DNA of 64,000 nucleotides, taken from Camelus dromedarius. Lineage: Eukaryota. Numbering within the stretch: position 1 is the stretch's first letter; each line of letters opens with the position of its first letter. The translations under genes and the position numbers were made by a program. The stretch is taken from contig NC_087437.1 of assembly GCF_036321535.1 (NCBI RefSeq), positions 50,594,001-50,658,000 of the forward strand, read 5' to 3'. Below, one piece after another: positions 50,138 through 64,000 of the stretch. The notes under the pieces were generated by a model. It saw only the letters and a list, made by a program, of their open reading frames with translations, was not told where the DNA came from and did no database searches.

Positions 50138-52939
50138 CTTGGGAAAAGAAAGGGAAGAATTTGGCCTGCTGTTTGGGGGGTGGGGGTGGGAGGACGTCCC
50201 CCGAAGTTAATGGCAAGATGTAGTGGGCAGCACCCATCCCCAGGAACCCATTCTCCTCATCTCTAACTCCTACTCTCCCAGGACCCTACTGCTCTGTCTG
50301 GGCCCAGAGGCTCAGAGGTCTGTAATCTGCAGATTCCCTTTTCCAGCTCAATGTTCTGTAACTGTGACTGAGAAGACATGGTGTTCATAGCCCCGCTCCT
50401 CGTCCTCCAGGAAAATGGTCATAGTCTTTTTGTGCTTGACGACCTTCCTGCTGTTCTTCCTTCCTGCTCACCCTCCTCTCTTCCTGGCCTCTTTTCCTTT
50501 CTCCTGAGTATTGCCCATTTCCTATCTCCTTGGCAGCCTTTGCCAAATGCCACTGCTCTCTGCATGGGAAAATCAGAGGGACAGTAAGTACATGCTGCTT
50601 CTCTCTCTCTCCATTGAATTGATAAATTAATCAATCAGCCACACCATTGTGCCCCTGTCCTGTGCCAGGGACTGTTAAAGACACCCTGGGGAACAGCCCC
50701 CCCCCCCCCCGCCACTGGTCCTGCTCGGTACCTGCTGGGATGTCAGGCGTTTGTCAAAAATTAAGCCTCACACAAACCTATAGGGCCACAGCCCCAATTT
50801 ACGGATGAGAAACAGATGAGAGAGGAATAATCATTTGGCCAAGTTCCCTTGGCCTGTAAGCACTGCAGCTGGAATCTACACTTTTCTACTCTTTACCCTA
50901 CACTCTAAAGATGTGATCTCTGTGCCCACACTTCTCCCAAGTCAAGTTAGGGAGGCAAGGGTCTGCAGAAAGATCTCAACCTGAAGGAGCCCCAGGCTGA
51001 GCATCCACTGAGTTTAATCAATCCCACAGGAATCTGAGAGCAGGAGAGAGTTTCTGTTCTGGTCAGAATTCAGGCGGAGGGATTTTGGTCCAGGCCTTGG
51101 GCTGGGCGTGGGGAGGAGGGCTTTCTGGTCAGAGGATTGGAAGGTGAGGGACTGGAAGGAGGCCACAGGTGGGGTGGGGCAGGACACAGTTATCTCCGGG
51201 ACCAGAAAGCCAGAAAAATGGAAAAAAATGGAAGTTCCTCGACCTGCTGCCCAGAGCACCTCCCCCCAAGCTGCATTCCGGGGACCAGAGTCCTCCCCAG
51301 AGCAGGGCAACTGGGGGTTGTGCGAGCAACATGGGGAGCAGCCAACACAGGGAGCAGCCGGGCAGTTCCTTCCTGGCGGCCTCCAGAAACCCTGCCCCGA
51401 CACTGGCAAAGCCTGGTTTAATTCCTGGTCCTGGAACATGGTGGGGTGAGGCAGGGAGGGCGGAGGAGAAACTGGTTCAGAGAGGTGCCTCCCCTTACCC
51501 TCTTCCAGATGTGACTCGAGGACATCCGCAGTAACCCCTAGAAATGCCTCTTTAGGGCAGTCATCCAACTTGGGTCCCCTTAGACCAGGAGCAGACAACG
51601 AGGAAGGAGGGATGGCGGTCTTGCTGAAAGGCTTTTTACGAGGAACGGAGCAGCTGTGCCCTTTAGCACCCCCTGCGTGAACTGAAGGGCTGCGTCTCCA
51701 GGGGCTGTGGCCTCGGTGCCCCAGACAAGGTCGGGTGCCTAGGACCCCAGAGGGGAAGCTGCTGGGAGGCCCTGGGTGGGGCCGGGCCCTGAGGCTCCAT
51801 CCGTCAGAGAAGACCCGAAGCCTGATGTGGGTGGGGCCAGGGGACAATGCAGGAACCGAAAGACCTGAGGACAATTTCCAGCCTCTCGGCAGGGTAAGTG
51901 GCTCCAGGGGTGAAATGATGACCCTGTGCTGGGGGGTGCTGGGGCTGCTTTCCCCTCCCTCCTGCGTGCCCTGCAGGTGGGACCGGGGGAGGGGGCTTCA
52001 GCCAGGCACGGGGCTGGCACAGAGGGGCTCCCACACATCTGGCAGCATTGACTGCATTATTTCAGGGTCATCAGGGTCATTCCCTGCCTCCAGGTAAGGA
52101 TTTGCCTGAGCTGGAAAGAGGACCAATTCTCTGGGCAATGTCAGGACCCAGATGTCACCTCCCTGCAGTGCACATAGCCTCCTCAGCTCCTGGTCCCACA
52201 AGTGAGGGTGGCAGATGCTTGGGGCCCCACAGGTGCCCAGTTTAGTCCAGGACAGGGTTTTCCATACTCCTTAGAATATAACCACAGGGAGGTGGAAAAT
52301 TTACAGCCTAACACAGTGTACAGACGTAAATACAATTATAAAATTAAAACCAAAGTTTATGGATCAATATTACCCTTACAGTGTGTGATGCCCTCATCTG
52401 TTCTATTCTATCCTTTCTATTCTAGTCTTCTGTTCTGTTCTATTATTTTATTGTATTCTGCTCTATTCTGGGAGACGGAGGAGGAGAGGGGCTGCTGGAG
52501 GTGGTGGGGGTGGAAGCAGAGTTTCTTCTGAGGCAAACTGCATCTGCCCTGAGCGAGTCCTCATGTGTCTCCCCCGTGGGCCCTGGGCTCTTGGCAGCAG
52601 AGACAATACCCTGTTCACCCAATATCCCACATGGCTCCTGGGAGAAACCCAGAATTCTTAGAACCGGTAAGCCTTGGAGAACGTCCCTCTGTCAAAGCCC
52701 CTGGTTTTGCAGGGGAGGGAAGTACAGCTCTTTGGGGGACAATTTTGCTGTGTCTTTGTCATTTCCATATTTAATCCCTTCCTCCTGGACTCAGTGGCCA
52801 TGGCTCTGTGATATCAAGAGTCATAGGTACTAAGTCCTAGGTCTTAAGGAGGTGGAAGCACTGAGGGGACCCCAGGATCTCAGGCTCCGGGTCTGGCAGG
52901 TCACAGGCACCCAAGTGAATGAACGAGAGGCCCATGTCC

Positions 52940-53190
52940 CACTGTTAGGAGCAGGGGCTTTGGAGTCAGTCAGACCTGAGTGCAGTTTTCACTTTGCCAC
53001 TCACCCACTGGCTGTGTCAGCTTGAGTAAGCCACTTAATATCTCTGAGCATCAGTTTCATTGTTTCTAAAATGGGGATAATAATGCTTATTTTGCAATGT
53101 TGATGTAAGGATTAGCAAAAATATTTATACAGTGAAATGTCTGATACAGCATAGAAATTTAATAAGTAATACCTGTTATGATTATTGTTA
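52940..53190 (+). mobile_element. MIR (one of many; others at about 2810-3010, 3880-4070, 15560-15760, 25150-25370, 36650-36820, 37200-37400)
   Basis: Core motif ttggagtcag...tctctgagcatcagtttcattgtttctaaaatggggataataat. Confidence 0.75.
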
Positions 53191-54899
53191 ATAGTAATTA
53201 CGATAACTCTAAAGAGAAGATCTCAGAACAGCACTGGGTACTGCAAGTGTGCTATTATTACTCACATTTGGGGGAGATTTGTCTGCCATTCTCTTCATCC
53301 TCATGAACATCTGGGGGAAGAAACATAAAAGTAAAAAGTGGCTTTAAAATGAAGCAGAGTGAGCGAGCACATGCACACACACACACATATGCACACACAC
53401 ACAGCCCAGACAAACCAAACACATAAGCCTTTGACAAGTATTCAGTTTGGTTATAAAATTTCAAGTGATAGTTGCATCCTTGGAAAGTGAGCAGCATGAC
53501 CCTGGCAACCAACCCAGGTTGAGCAGTGTATTGGGAAGATATACCCTGAGTCTCTGGGGCACTCCCAGTCCATGTACCAGAATAAGCACAAAGAGTGTTG
53601 GTGGAAAAGGACAGGAAGAATAGGAAAAAGTGGGCCATGACAATCCATGCTGATAAAGACTGGTATATTCTTCTTCCCTCAGAGGATGATCTATAGCACA
53701 TACCACATAAATCCTAAAATATTTAGGGAATTTAGTTTTAGCACCTGGTGTTTAAAATCCTGATCTTTTATTTTGCTTAAAAAATGAATGAAGTATATTA
53801 ACAAGTGAACCCATTAGTGAATTTAAACTGTCCTCTTCAAAAACAAACAAACAACAAACAAACTATCCCTCTTCAGAATACGTTTCTGATAAATAAGACT
53901 TTGAAGATAAAATCATGGCCTTTCCCTTGCTGTCCACTAGGTGGCATACAGGGACAACAGTAGGTCCTGCTCGTTCAGAGGCAGCTCTTACCCCACAGAT
54001 TTCAAAGAGGGTAAACTATTTCTATTTTCTTTCAAACTAGATTTTCCTCTATTCCTTACAATTACGCAAAACTTTTAAAGAACTGTCTCTATCATATAAA
54101 CTAAAGTACATCATTTTCACTTGGTAAATGGGGAATGGACAGCTGCCTTAAAGTAATGCCTAAGCCCTGGGCTTTCCTTCCCTTCCCTGGAGAAATAAAG
54201 GTGTGTAATGAGTTGCTATTTAATATGCTAACAGCAGCATAGGCACTAGCTTAAGAACTTCATCTCATTTAATTCTCACAGTCAGACTTTAATACAGTAT
54301 TACCTCCATTTTGTAAAATAATTGATGAAAAGAATTTAAGCACAAAGAAGTAGTTCATCCACAGAGATGGAACTGGAGTGTCTATAATCTCTCGGTGCTT
54401 GGGCCCTTAGCTGTGTGCTATGTTGCTAACTGAGCTCTTTCTCTGTCTTCTAGGAGTTTACCAGTAGGGTCACATTCTACCTGATTCATCCCAGGAGCTG
54501 TCCAAAGTTCACAACAGGCAAATCTGGAGATGCTTCCATGGGTACTAGGCTAGATTAGGATCTTGTACTTGGTGGCCCAGAGTATAAACTAGGACATCTA
54601 GGCTGGTCTATATCTGAAGTGTCCATTTCCTTGGCATACCTGTCTTTGGTCAAGAGGAAGAAAATTCAATGTGCTTTCAGATTCCACATATTCTCACAGA
54701 GCATTTTTTTTCTATTGTCAAAGTCCCTGCCAATTTCTAGAGCAGTCTGAGCTTACTGCCTTAGACTTTCAGGGCTGAGAGGAGCTGGGGTCAAAGAAAT
54801 TTTACAACTGGGAAACCATCACCTAGCTCAGCGACCAGCTGCCCTCTGATGTATCTAGTTGGGTTTAGCCAAAGCCTTGCCCATTTCATCAGAGATTTA

Positions 54900-57310
54900 T
54901 TAAGAATTTTTCAATAAGATTAAAATATAAACCCCCGCCATGGTAAAGAAAACATTTGCCACACTTGAGAACTCATTGATGCTGATCATCATGAGGCGGT
55001 CTGGCTGCTACCTAACAGAGGCAGAGAGGAACACATCTGATGCTCCTGTGATCCACTGGGACATCTCCCAGTACTCCCCTGCCCGGCTGTAACTGTAAGT
55101 GAGCAAGTAAAAGAACAGTAGCCAGACAAGAGTCTGGGACACCCACTACGCATGCCACCAGCAGAAGTGCCAGATGATGGGGGAAAGGATGTAGAATGAG
55201 CACGAGGGGGATGATGACTTAAATGAACAACCTAAGGATGACTGCAGCAGCAGGCACAGACATAGATTTAAGTAGGACTCCTACCATGTCCACTGGTAGA
55301 AATGTCCCCCTTGGGAACCAAGACCTCTAGACCCACTGAGGCTGAAGTTGCAGGGATGGGGAGGACAAATTCCCCATGTGGGTCACTAGGAGTGTGATAA
55401 TGGATAAGGTCACAATTCATTTGACCTCTTGGCTACCAGATTCATATATTCTGCTTACTGATGGCATAGTGCCTGGAAGTGGCCATTGTTTTAAGGTGCA
55501 TACTGCATCCTAAGGTTAGCACCCTGACCCCACAGTCTCCTGTCCAAACTGCTGCTCACCCTTGCCTTCAAGAGGCTGTTCCATGGCTCTTTCAGGCTGG
55601 CAGCAACTGAATATGAGGTAGGACCATTGGGTTGGTCATATACCTGCGGCCATTCCTCTTTTGCCGTAGAGTGAGTCCCTCAATCAAAGCAACATTCTGT
55701 GGTTGATCAGACACTATGTGAGTCCTCGAACAGCACTGCTGACTGAGGCACTCAAGGCAGGAAAGGTACATGTATCAGTGTCACTCAGGGTGAGTCACTG
55801 TACTTTCCAGCCTGGAGGGGCTGATGAAATCAACTGTTCTTAAGGGATAGTATCCAACCAAGGGCTCAGCCTGGATCTCTGTGCTGGCAGGTTGGACAGT
55901 CAGCAGTGGCAGTAGCTAGATCGGTCTTGATGACAGGGAGCCCATGCTGCTAGGCCCATGCACAGCCTCCCAATCTGCTGCCAAGGCTGCTCCATTTACG
56001 AGCCCATTGTGCAGGTACTGGGATGCCAAGGAGGAATTTGTCTGACATCTCCTGGCCAAGTCATCCAGTTGGCTTGGTTTTTTGGTAACTTCTCTACAAT
56101 GGATGTTCTCTGGGGAGCCTTAAAGCATGATACAAAGATTCTTACATTTTGGTTTCATGTCCATAGATCTATGAGCCTCTTTCCCAGTCAGACTGTGTTG
56201 TAATTTGATACTAGCTATTGTTCTAGAAGGGGTTGGGAGGAGAGGTGGGGTTATATCCCGAGGAGGTCTTATGTGTCTTACTGAGGCGTCCATCCTTGGG
56301 TGGAAGAGAAGGGCTTATCTTCCAACAAGGGGAAGTGGGCCACTTCTGCCAGCCTAGGGGAAAAGGGCATGTACCTATCCTCCAATTTTAGGGTCCCACA
56401 TCTTCCCTATCAGGGCCTGACTCGCCTGCTTATCTACTGGCACTAGGATCCCAGAATAATCAGGCAGCAGACTTGCGTAGGCTGATAATTCATTCTTCTC
56501 TCAAGTAATGCCTTCTGCTGTAGGAGATAAGGGGATGAATATTGGAAAGAATGCCCTCTGATTCTCACAGTGTGCTTTAAATTGGCGATTAATCCCAGCC
56601 TGTCGCTTTCTTCAATGCATCAGTGGTGCTTGGGAATACCTTCCCAGTTCCACGTTCCTGATAGTTAGTATCTTCCCTAAACCTCTCAAATGCTAGAGAC
56701 ATTGCACCAGCTGGTACATCCCTGTCTGCCTATATCTGATCCCAGGTCACCACCAAGGAAGGTCTTAGCAACTGAATGACCACACAGGCCAGGGACCAGG
56801 AGTCCCAACCTTCCACCTACTACCAGCAATGGTGTCCTTGTTGCCATTTGGCCAGCAAGTGACCCAACACCAGAATCCCATCCTTTCTAGGACCTCTGCT
56901 GGTACTAACTGTCTTAGGTCTGGTTTCCCAGAAGCTGATTTGTGCAAGTGAGTTAAGGAGAAAGGCTTTCAGTTGAAATGTGTAAGGCAATGAGGGCAGA
57001 AGATGGAGCAAGGAAGAAGCCAGGCCCAGACGAGGGTTCAGCCAAAGTCTAGCATCAACCTGGTCCCCTGAGAAATGCTGGAGTCTTGATGGCACCACAA
57101 GTATCTCATCTTGAGGCAGAAGGGCTGGTTTCTGTACCCTAAATCAGTCAGCCGTTGGCTGGCTGTAAGCTGCCCTTGAGGGAGGCCATAACCTTTCAGG
57201 CATTGCCAGGCCGGATGGCTCTGGTCAGTTGAGGGTAATTCAGAAGATTATAACTGAAAGGCAAGTGCACCTGACTAACAAAAAGGTCTCAACAGCCTCA
57301 ACTACTGTGT
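54900..57310 (-). mobile_element. Degraded ERVL-class provirus: LTR (~56910-57310) plus internal remnant
   Basis: LTR16-like end tgtcttaggtctggtttcccagaagc adjoining a PBS-like ctctgctggtac; internal sequence with ERVL-like motifs and no long ORF. Confidence 0.6.
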
Positions 57311-57334
57311 GTGGGTTTTTTGAAATTAAAAAAG

Positions 57335-57880
57335 TTAATAGATTTTATTTTTAGAGCAGTTTTATGTTTACAGAAAAACTGAGCAGAAAGTACAGAGAGT
57401 TTCCATAAGACCCTTCATCACTCTCCCCCCACAGTTTCTCTTATTAACATTATGGTACGTTTGTAACAATTGATAAACAAATATGGATATGCTATTATTA
57501 ACTAAAGTCCATAGCTTACATGAGGGTTCACTCTTTGTATTGTACAGTTCTATGGGTTTTGATAGATGCATGATGTCATGTATCTACCAGTATAATATTG
57601 TACAGAACAATTTCACTACCTAAAAATCTCCTGTGCTCCACCCATGCATTTCCCACCTCCTACCCTGAACCCCTAGTAACTACTGATCTTTTTACTGTCT
57701 CTCTAGTTTTCTCTTTTCCAGAGTGTCATATAGTTGGAATCATACAGTGTGTAGCCTTTTCAGACTGGCTTCTTTCACTTAGCAATATGCATTTAAATTT
57801 CCTCCATATCTTTTCATGGTTTGATAGCTTATTTCTTTTTGTTGCTGAATAATAGCCCACTGTATGGATGTACTATAGTT
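57335..57880 (-). mobile_element. L1MB-type 3' fragment
   Basis: tttagagcagttttatgtttacagaaaaactgagcagaaagtacagagagtttcc...gttggaatcatacagt. Confidence 0.8.
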
Positions 57881-60800
57881 TGCAAGTCATCTGTTAAGGG
57901 AGAAGCTGAGCTATGACTTGATCAAGGGACAGTACTGAGGGATAAAGCCAGTTATTTAGAAGTTGGAAAATCTGGTTTTATCTTTTCTTTTTTAACAAGC
58001 CAACACAAAATCTCCACAGGAAAACAAAACAAAAAAATTTCTTACCTCCCAGAGATTCTGTTACATAGAAGGATAAGCTTTATCACGCAAAGAAAATTTA
58101 AGGACTATATTCTATGAACTCTCACCAGCCACAATTTTTCTCAAGCCTTACTTTTCCTGGTCTGTACTAAGAAGAAAATGGGTCATATTTCATTTTTCAA
58201 ATACAAAATTTTATAACACACATTTACACCCTAACTGAAAATAACTGCCTTATTAAATAGCATTGTCATTAGTAGTTGCTGACTAATACTGAAAATTCAA
58301 TTTCTTAATTACATGGCTGTCTTGCTGTTAATTAGCCATTTCATGCTCATTAGCATCCAAGGCTCTAGAAGTCTGAAGGAGAAACACACACCAGTTAGCC
58401 TTGCGCTGGAGTAGGGGTCTGTCTGTGTATGTTTCCTTAATGACTTTTTGTGCTCTATATGTGCTAAATAAGTGTATTTTGAAGTAAAACTCCTTTCAGA
58501 GGCCCTTTCCAAATAAAGTATATGCCTGAAGACATATTTTATGTTCCACCAAACCAATCACATGATAATCTAAAACCAAAAATCTCAAATGCTAAGTTCC
58601 AGAGACTTCAATTATGGGCAGTGAGTGATAAAAGCATAAAGTAGGTCTTTGGAAATGATTATCTTTAGTTTAAATAGTCAAGGAAAGAAAAGATGACAAC
58701 AGAAAGAGCACATTCAAGCCCCATAAACAAATAATCTATCATGTCATTAAAATACAAAATATAAAAATTTGTTACCTTTTTGATCCCATGCCTAATTCTG
58801 CCTTCCAGAAAATGGACACACAAGGAAGTTAGTGCTGAGTCTTATGGAGAAGCCCCTGATCACGTGCTACTAATCTTTCCAAGGAGAGCTTTGGGAGGAG
58901 GTGAAATCCCTAACTCCTGGATAGATCAAGAAACATAGTGCCACCATCCAGTGCCTTTATTCCAAAGCAGAGACATTCTGGCAATGCTCTGATCCCTACA
59001 ACCATTTCCTTAAGAGGACAAAGTTCTCAGTGTGAAACATTTGCCCTTCATTTTCATTCTGGTCTAGTTGGATCCACCCAAATAAATAGCAGGAAATCAA
59101 TTTTATACCTTTCTTCTCACTCACATAATTAAGGAAGGGCTGAGACTCGGGCAATGTCTTCCTCAGCTTCTTAGCAGAGCTGGTATCACCCCCCTGCTTT
59201 CATACCCCACTCTCCCATTGGATCCTACCTTGAGTCCTACATGGCTGGGGACTGGGTCTTTGCTCCTGGTAGCTCTTTTCATATTTTCAGTCCAGGGTAC
59301 AAATTCCACTTCATTGTCTTTGCTTTAGAGAAATACACATGAACGTTGAACCACTGGAAAGGAGGGCACATATGTGCCTTCCTCCCTACACTAGTTGGAA
59401 TGGCGCTGGCTCACACCAGATTATCCCCAGCTAAAGCCTCGTGGGCCTGCTTCATCCTCCTCCTCCACCTGTGGTCTAAGACGTGCCCCAGGTCTCTGGA
59501 TGACATTCAGCAAAAGAACATTCAAGGGCTACCACCTGCTGGGTTATCTTACGCACCTAACTGGCTGCGAATCTTAAAGTGAGAGAGGTGAGGAGATGGA
59601 ATCCCCTTCATTGTCTCCAAAGCTATTTCATTGGCTCACAATAGCTCCCTCCTGCCCTCTTCTCCGTCCTGAAGTGCCAGCTATTATAGTAACTCCTTTG
59701 GGTTAGATGAGCTCCACAAATAGGCACTTACTAGGCACTGGAGGTCTGAGATGAATAAGATGCGCCCTGAGCTAAACCTCACCTCCTAGCTCCGCTTGCA
59801 GAGTGGTTTGCTAGTCTGATGGGATCAGGCAATGAGTCCTTTTATTTGTTTATTCACTAAACATTTACCGAGTACCAAGTGCCAGGCCTTTGTATGATAT
59901 GAGGCCTGCAGGGAGGTAAAACCAATAAGACAACCTCTATGCTGTAGAGGAAATTCCAGATCTAGCTGGGAGAAAAACTAAAGCACATTGTAAAATTATA
60001 ATATAGCAAGTTAAATACTGTGATAGGGTCCTCCTTAAGAGCGTGGATGAGAGAGAAGGAGGGGAGACTCAGCTTCTACCAGAGCCTTCACCCCTTCCCA
60101 TCACTACCAGCTTTGTTTTAGGGCCCGGGGTGCCTCTATTAGGAACAGGCCAAATGAGCCTAAAAAACTAAGCAGGCTCTACCAGAACTGGATCACAGTC
60201 TCCAGGTGTATTCAACAAGCACTTTTTGGGTACATCCTGAGTGCCTTGGACAGGGAGAGGAATTACAGATGGAGAGTTCCTAAGTGAGCAGGAGCAGGTG
60301 GGGTAAGGAGCACAAATGAGGACTTGACCCTGAAAGATGTGTGAGTGCATCTTCCTCCAGACAAGGAGGAACGGAGAGAGAATGATGATCAGGAGTGTTC
60401 CTAGTGGAGTAAGGGAAGCTGAACGAGTTAACATCAGAGGGTAACTTTGCCTACTCAGCAAAGTAGGAGGCAGGAAAGTCTGGTGAAAACAAGAGTAGAA
60501 CTGGAGGTTCTCATAGGAAAGTTCCAGAAAACAGTCAGAAGCAAGGGCAAGTCTGGGAGGTTTCAAGATGGCAGGCATGACTCAACTGCAACAGAGCAAC
60601 TAAGTATTAGGAAAGATACCCTAGGCTGGCAGTGGGGGCGGGGAGCTAATATTTTTTAATTAGAAAAATTAATTTAAATTAAATGAAAATTTAATTGGAA
60701 ATCCCTTGTAATAAGCTAAATGTTGAAGAAAATCAATGAAAGTGATCATGTAGAATTAACAGGAACTATCTGTAACATTTGACACCTTTTTAAGAAAAAA

Positions 60801-62599
60801 TCAGTATACACCTAGTGCTTGCTTTTCAAACTGTAGACTCCCTTGGGCTGAAATTTAAAAAAAAAAGATCAGCATTCTGAAACATAAGCCAATTGGAATA
60901 GATTGTACACGCTGATTTTATACACACATACAAACACAGAACACTACAAAAATACATGAAAGTGTGTAGATCTTGGTCTTACTTCCCCAGCAATTTGGAA
61001 AACGTTTCTGCAGTCCCAGCTCACTTGGCCCTGGCATCCTCCCCCACTTCTTTCCCATCCTGCTGCATCTCCTGTGCGCCTTGATTCTTAGTCCATCCAA
61101 GTTTCCATAGTTAGCTCCATGAGCACTGAATTAAGGAATAAACAATGTGCCCATGAAGTGCTCATTTTTCCCACCAGAGCCCAATTACATGACTTGGTGA
61201 GAGAAGGATCATGAATCTCTCAAACAGTGATAAGAATCACATCCTTTGTTCAGGTGTTGTCCCAGCTGTGAGAACAGCCCCAGGTCTCAGCCCCCAGTGG
61301 CCCCATTGCCTACAGCAGCATTAAGATCAAATGTCTCAGCCTGATATTTGAGGCTTACCTCCTTCTCTCTCAATCTCATTTCCTTCCACTCTACCCATGA
61401 AGCTCTGAAGCCAGGCTCCAAGTCACAACTGAACATGCTCGCTTGGAGGCAGCATGGTGATTTTCAAGAGTTCCTAGGTCCACTTTTGTTACCCATGTGA
61501 CAGGCACAAGTTGCCCAGTTGCTGGGATGATCCTGCAGCCTGGATTTCCCACCTCGTGCTCTGGTCTCTGCCAGGACCAGGGCTGTGCCTTGTGTCCACA
61601 CACCGTGCAGCCCCTGCAGAGCTGCCTGCCCCTAGAGTCCCTCCCCAGGAGCCTGATCATCCCCCAGTCTCTCTAGACCTCCTGGTCACAGGTGGTCAGG
61701 CCACAAGTGAAGACTGTCCCCAACCGCAGTACCTGCCACCCTCCTTGACTTGCACTGCTGTGTCCTACACATGGGGTTACACTCCTCTTTTCTGCCAAGA
61801 CCCTCTGACTCTGTAAGTCCCTCTGGGCACAAGGGCCCTTCTGCCTGGCTGTCTCCAGAGGCCCTGTCTCCACACCCCTCAGTGGCACTGGTGCCGTTCC
61901 TGCCACCTGAGAGGCCCCTGTCACCGGGGTCCCGTGTGCCTTGCCAGTGTGCACGGAATTTTCATGCCCAGCAGCCCCAGGTTAAAGGTGGTGTGGGGCA
62001 GTGTAGGAAGAACTGGGGTAACAATGCCGTGTGTGTCAGAGCTGTGTAAAGTGCTCGACAGGCGTAAGGTCCTGGTGGTCCTGGTTTGGCAACCTTTGAA
62101 ACCTCTCTCCCCTGTTGCCTGATGCCCCCGAGTCTGCGTTCTGCCCTGGAGTCTCATCAGCCAAGGGCCCCACTCCTGCTTACTCACCCATGGGGCTCTG
62201 AGGCCCCTCTGAATTCCGAGAGCCTTGCTGTTGGCATCACTCACCATGACATTTCATCAGACACTGCTTGTGAGACAGGCTCAGGAGACTTGGCTCTGCT
62301 GCTGAAAAGTTGTGTAAAATTTACCTTCTGCTTGCCTGTCTGTAGAAGGCAGAAGCTGGGACCACACCCTGGGCCTATCTTCCAGTTCAATATGGTTTTA
62401 GTTTTTTAATCTAAATTATATGCTAGGGTCTGGTTCTGCTTATCTGTATTTTACATTCCTGTCAAAACCTAGCACGCATAGTGCTAGGACTTGAGGAACT
62501 CTTGAGAAATGTGTTTCTGAATTATTAACTGAATAAATACTATGACCTCATAAAGTGTTTTTCTGTGGCGCAGGGAAGGGCAAGGTGATCTAGTTAAAA

Positions 62600-64000
62600 T
62601 CTAGACGGTAGACTAAGCTCAATATTGTTAAGGTGTCAGTTCTCACCAAATTAATGTATAGATTTTACACAATTCCAAACGAAATCCCAGCAAGCTCTCT
62701 TACAGAAATAGACAAGCTGATTCTAAAATACATACAGAACTGTAAAGGATTTTATAACTTTAAAAAGGAAGAACAATGTTGAAGGACTCAATCTGATTTA
62801 AAAACATTATAAAGCTACAGTAATCAAGATAGTGAGGTACTGATGTCAAGACAGAGAAACAGATCAATTGAACACAATAGAACATCCAGGAATAGATGCA
62901 CTGATGTAAATAGTCAACTGGAGGAAGAAGAGTCTTTTCAACAAATGGTGGTACAACAACCATTAATGTGCACAAAACTGAACTCTGATCGACACTTCAT
63001 ACCGTATACCATGAAAAAAACCCCTCAGAATGGATCAGAGACCTAAATGTGAAACTTAAACTATAAAACATCTAGGAGAAAACATAGGAGAAAATCTTTG
63101 TGACCTTTTGACAAATATTTCTTAGGTATAACACCAACAGTATGATCCATAATTTTAAAAAAGTTGGATTTCATAAAAATTAAAATCTTCTGCTCATCAG
63201 AAGATACTCTTAGGAGAATGAAAAACTAAGCCACATACTGAAAGAAAATATTTGCAAAGCATATGTCTAATAAAGGACTTTTATCTGAAATATATTAAAG
63301 AAACTCTCAAAACTAAATAATAAGGAAACAATGAACAAAAGATTTGAACAGACCCTTCACCAAAGAAGATATGTGGATGGCAAAGAAGCACACAAACAGA
63401 TGCTCAAGCATTAGTCACTAGGGAAAAGCAAATTAAAACCTCAGTAACATGCCACTATGCACCTATTAGAAAGATTAAAGTTAAAAAGACTGACAATACC
63501 ACGTGTTGGTGAGGATGCGGAGCAAGTGGAGCTTTCATACACTGCTGTGGGAGTATAAGATGGTATAACCACATTGGAAATAGCTTTTAATTTCATTAGA
63601 AGTTAAGCATGCACCTGTTATATGGCCTAATCATTACACTTTTAGGTATTTACTCAAGAGAAATGAAAACGTATGTCCACAAAAAGGTTTGTACTCAAAT
63701 GTTCATAGCAGCATTATTCAGAATAGCCCCTCAAAAGTGGAAACAAACCAAATGTATATTAACAGGTAAATGGATAAGTAAACTGAGGGTATATCCAAAC
63801 AATGGAATGCCACACAGCAACTAAAAGGAATGTATTATTGCTGCACAAAGCAACATGAATGATTAAATCTGAAAAAAATGATGCTATGGTAGAGAAACCA
63901 GACCAGTAAAAGCACATGCTATATGATTTCTTTATGGAATTCTAAAAAAAATCAAATTAATCTATTATGACAGAAAAATCAGTGATCATCTGGAGAGTAG
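62600..64000 (+). mobile_element. Old L1 ORF2 3' fragment running off the window
   Basis: gaaatagacaagctgattctaaaa; aaagctacagtaatcaaga; ORF fragment LLGIYSREMKTYVHKKVCTQMFIAALF. Confidence 0.88.

Noticed and set aside
50472..50559. Purine-rich exon-like segment just upstream of the MCF2L2 exon at 50137
   Set aside because: The first AG gives a stop in phase 1; the frame works only with a downstream alternative AG, and there is no homology support.
58313..58372. 60-nt exon-like segment on the minus strand (TTCTCCTTCAG ... GTAATT)
   Set aside because: Contains a stop in the phase needed to join the phase-1 MCF2L2 exon and has a weak donor; a poison exon cannot be excluded but is unsupported.
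1..64000. CRISPR arrays or prokaryotic-type systems
   Set aside because: The sequence is mammalian; the direct repeats present are two-copy duplications or target-site duplications, not repeat-spacer arrays.

Overview
Mammalian genomic DNA, most likely camelid (inferred from a recurrent ~100-bp tRNA-derived SINE). The window contains the complete LAMP3 (DC-LAMP/CD208) gene on the minus strand, with ATG at 36042, five shared coding exons and canonical GT-AG junctions that assemble in frame. Upstream on the same strand are the last three coding exons of MCF2L2 (49495-50137), followed by a CpG island. The rest is intronic or intergenic DNA rich in L1, L2, MIR, ERVL/MaLR, ERV1-type LTRs and DNA-transposon fossils. 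The main observation is that LAMP3 has TWO intact, same-phase candidate terminal exons. The familiar distal exon (3691-3824) ends ...GYQRF. A second, proximal exon (11893-12032) ends ...GYEHM and has its own Cys, transmembrane helix, GYxxPhi lysosomal signal and AATAAA. This looks like a LAMP2A/B/C-style tail-swapping system in LAMP3. Gene and repeat identities come from recalled sequences and motifs, not from a database search.
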